The notes under the pieces are model-generated. The model was not told where the DNA came from and ran no database searches. It saw nothing but the letters and a program-made list of their open reading frames with translations. A stretch of 64,000 nucleotides of DNA, taken from the NCBI RefSeq assembly GCF_009914755.1, contig NC_060943.1; one strand, given 5' to 3'. Both the position numbers and the translations under genes were made by a program. The stretch comes from the human T2T-CHM13v2.0 reference genome, Homo sapiens. Each line of letters starts with the position of its first letter. The stretch's first letter is position 1. Below, one piece after another: positions 60,280-64,000 of the stretch.

Positions 60280-61440
60280 TGATACTTTTTTCTATTTTTT
60301 GAACTTTTTGGGTTGTTTTTGAAACTTAATCATATTTAATAATGTTTTCCTAGAAAAAAACCGTACACATATAAAAATCATGTCTAACAGAGTTCACATA
60401 CTTAATACTAAAAAATATCTCCAAACATATAGTTATATTCCATTTCTCCTTATAATATAGTAGAGGCACTGACAAAGTCTAATGAATAATAGTTTTCTTC
60501 AAAGGACTAGATTTTGATGAAAAACCTGTATGGTTTTTTATTCCATGATTTCAGCTTTTCATTAAGCCTTTCCATTCATTCATTTGGGGTATTTGTTCTT
60601 ATTCTACCTTGCTGTGTAATCATTATTTAACTCAATAAATATTTGAGGCCCTACAACATTATAGGCACTGTCCTAAGTGCTGTGGATACAGTGCTGTGGA
60701 TACAGTGATGAAGAGAAACAAACTGCCCTCAGTCTTCTTGGTTTTATACACAGAGCAATTTCTATTGATAACTGTTTTAGTTATTTCACAGGATTTAAAA
60801 TATAGGTCTCATTATCATTCTAAATACTCTGTAATTTCACTTTTTATTTGCTCTTTAATCTAAGAATGGTTTATATATAGTAGTAAATTTCAAAGAGGTA
60901 AGAATCCATATGGCTATCCATTTGCTAGTTTCTGAGTTATAACTGTGGTAAAGAATTATATAACACTTGGCTTTAGAAATTTGTTAGAGAGAAGTTATTT
61001 CTGAATGTCTTTTAAAAAACTGCTGAACACTCAACAACCCCACTTTTACTAAAGTCATAAGGCTTTCTTTTATAGGTTTTTTTGATGTAGCATGTGAAAT
61101 TAATATTCAAAGCTTTCTTCATTGTATTTTACTGATTTTTTTTCAGAATTAACATTCTGATGTTCAGTAAGACATAAATAGAGATGACATATTTGTCTAT
61201 AATCATTATAGTCTTAAAAGTCCTCCTCTCATAAAATGGCTTAATACCAATACAAATGACAGTCACTAAGTCATGTAAATCTCAAATCATTCAACCCTTA
61301 TAATCTAATGAATACGATTAAACAGACATAGATTTAAGATACTTTCCAAAAAAAAAAAATAGAGGCAGGATGTATTGAAACAAGACATGCCAAATAAATT
61401 GTATGACATAGTTCAAGGCTTTTCTAGATTAATTACATGA

Positions 61441-61818
<378 letters not shown>

Positions 61819-61965
61819 TAAATTCTTTATGCAACATCTCTGATGAGAATGTTTTGAGAATGATTCAAAAAGAATTCATGCTATCTCATAAAATTTTACC
61901 CTGATATTCTGCAATTGATAACTGATCAGTAATTTCTTTCCTATATTGATTGCATGATGAATTCT

Positions 61966-61989
61966 CTGCTGCTGCTGCTGCTGCTGCTG
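61966..61989. repeat. (CTG)8/(CAG)8 in the ZNF790 3'UTR region
   Basis: Eight uninterrupted triplets, 127 nt past the ZNF790 stop codon. Confidence 0.97.
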
Positions 61990-62115
61990 GATGTGTGCTC
62001 TGTTAAAATGCCTTCCAATATTACTTACATTTGTGGTGTTCCTCAAGAGAAAAAAATAAATGACATCAATTAATGAGTCATGAATAAAGCCCTTCCTACA
62101 CTTTTATATAATATT

Positions 62116-63797
62116 TCACAAGAGTGAAATGAAGTGAGAGCTTGAAGAAAATGCTTTCTCAAAATCTTTAAATTCATAGGATTTCTCAAAAGTGTAAATA
62201 TTCTGGTGTTGAGCAAAGTTTGACTCATGACTAAAGGTGTTCCCATAGTCTGTCCATTCACAGAGATTTGCACTATTATGAATTTTTTGTTCAGTAAAAT
62301 ATGAATGGTGACTAAAGATGTGGCTACTTTTCTTGCATCCATAAGGTTCTGCATCAGTATGAATTTTCTTATGTCGTGTAAGCTGTGAACCCCAGATAAA
62401 AGATTTCCCACATTCTTTACATACGTAAGGTTCCTCACCAGTATGCATTCTCTGATGTCGAGTAAGTTGTGAACCCCAGAGAAAGGCTTTTCCACATTCT
62501 TCACATTCATATGGCCTCTTTCCAGTATGAATTTTCTGGTGTCGATTAAGTTCTGAACCACGAAAAAAGGTCTTTCCACATTCCTTACATTCATAGTTTC
62601 TCTCACCAGTATGAATTTTCTGATGTCGATTAAACTCTGAGCCATGAAGAAAGGTCTTTCCACATTCCTTACATTCATAGGATTTCCTCTCATTGTGAAT
62701 TTTCTCATGTTGAGCAAGATACGAAGCCCAAGTAAAAGTCTTCCCGCATTGCTTACATTCATAAGGTTTCCTGCCAGTATGAATTCGCTGATGTCGAGCA
62801 AGGTGTGAGCTCCAAATATAGGCTTTCCCACATTTCTCACATTTATAAGGTTTCCTACCAACATGAACATTCTGATGTTGAGCAAGATTTGAACCACGAA
62901 TAAAGGCTTTTCCACATTCCTTACACTCATGAGATTTCTCACCAGTATGAATTCTCTGATGCTGAGTTAGGTGTGATCCACGAGTAAAAGCTTTCCCACA
63001 CTCCTTACATTCATAAGGTTTTTCACCAGTGTGAATTCTCTGATGTTTAATAAGATGTGATCGCTGACTAAAGGCCTTTCTACATTCATTACATTCATAG
63101 GGTTTTTCACCAGTATGAATTCTCTGATGTCGAGTAAGATCTGAGCCACAACTAAAGGCCTTCCCACATTCCTTACATTCATAAGATTTCTCACCAGTAT
63201 GAATTCGCTTATGGACACTAAGTTGTGAATGAAATCTAAAGGCTTTCCCACAATCCTTACATTTAAAAGGTTTCTCACCGGTATGAATTCTCTTATGACC
63301 AGTAAGACTCGAACGTAAACTAAAAGACTTCCCACATTCTTTACATTCATATGTTTTCTTAACAGTGTGAACTGTCTGATATTGAATAACTTCTGAATCA
63401 GGAAGAAAGGTATTCCCACATTCTTTATCTCCACAGAATTTCTCACTTGTGTGAATTAACTGATGTTGAGTATGATCTGAACCAGAAATAAAGGCTTTCC
63501 CCAGTTCTTTAAATTCATTCAGTTTGTCTCCTGTATTAAGTCTCTGGTGTAGATTAAACACTGTATGCTGGTTAAAAGTGGGCCTTTTTTCACAGGTGCG
63601 TATCACCTGCTTGAAGCATTCCTCTTGATTATCTTGAAGTGTTTGAAACTGAGTGTTGCCTTCCCAGTCACCTCTAAAACATAAACAGTCAAGGCTGTGG
63701 TTTTTACAAATTCTCATTATTTCCAATTGGGCTATTTCTCTCTCAAAAATGCCATTTTTTGGTAATAACTTCTTGGTCTGACACCTCGACTGCATGT
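62116..63797 (-). CDS. ZNF790: ZNF790 terminal exon: spacer plus 12 intact C2H2 fingers, with degenerate fingers on both sides
   Basis: Acceptor tcttatttttcag|AC ATG CAG TCG at 63800-63798 (phase 1). Peptide [16 protein letters not shown]…[10 protein letters not shown] matches recalled ZNF790, with TGEKPY-type linkers. The ORF-track N-terminus (63798-63891) is intronic. Confidence 0.95.
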
Positions 63798-64000
63798 CTG
63801 AAAAATAAGAAGGTAAAAACATCATACGGTTGTATGTACAAAAAGCAATACAACTTCTAAAATAGATATAGAAAATCTTGAAGTAAAGCATATGAGAAGT
63901 GAATGGCTTAGAAAATTCTCAAATATGAGCAATATGAAAAAAAGGGCAAGAAATAAGTAGAAATTTAAAAGAAATAAAAGTTGAGTCAAGTGATGAGAAA

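Noticed and set aside
63798-63891. N-terminal 31 aa of the 591-aa ORF
   Set aside because: Intronic: it lies upstream of a clear polypyrimidine/AG acceptor. The KRAB exons of ZNF790 are outside the window.

Overview
Human (primate) genomic DNA, very Alu-dense, from the 19q13.12 KRAB zinc-finger cluster. The left part holds the 5' half of ZNF850 on the minus strand: promoter near 16.1 kb, non-coding exon 1, ATG exon, KRAB-A exon and KRAB-B exon. The right end holds the terminal zinc-finger exon of ZNF790, also minus strand. Between them are a divergent lncRNA promoter, a second CpG promoter with plus-strand exons consistent with ZNF790-AS1, and many LTR, LINE and DNA-transposon fossils. Gene and repeat names come from recalled sequences, not from a search. 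The most unusual elements are: (1) a TSD-flanked, oligo(A)-tailed retrocopy (17068-19433) of an UNSPLICED TAF15 5' transcript (TSS + exon 1 + about 2 kb of intron 1), lying antisense to the transcript that diverges from the ZNF850 promoter; (2) a ~280 bp orphan insert at a Tigger1/L1 junction that resembles XIST; (3) a 35-bp CCAAT-box tandem array inside nested LTRs in ZNF850 intron 1; (4) two uORFs packed in front of the ZNF850 start codon; (5) an AluYa5 inserted tail-to-tail against an AluY; (6) a 52-codon sORF in a LINC00665-like first exon. Most other ORFs in the supplied track are Alu or low-complexity artefacts.
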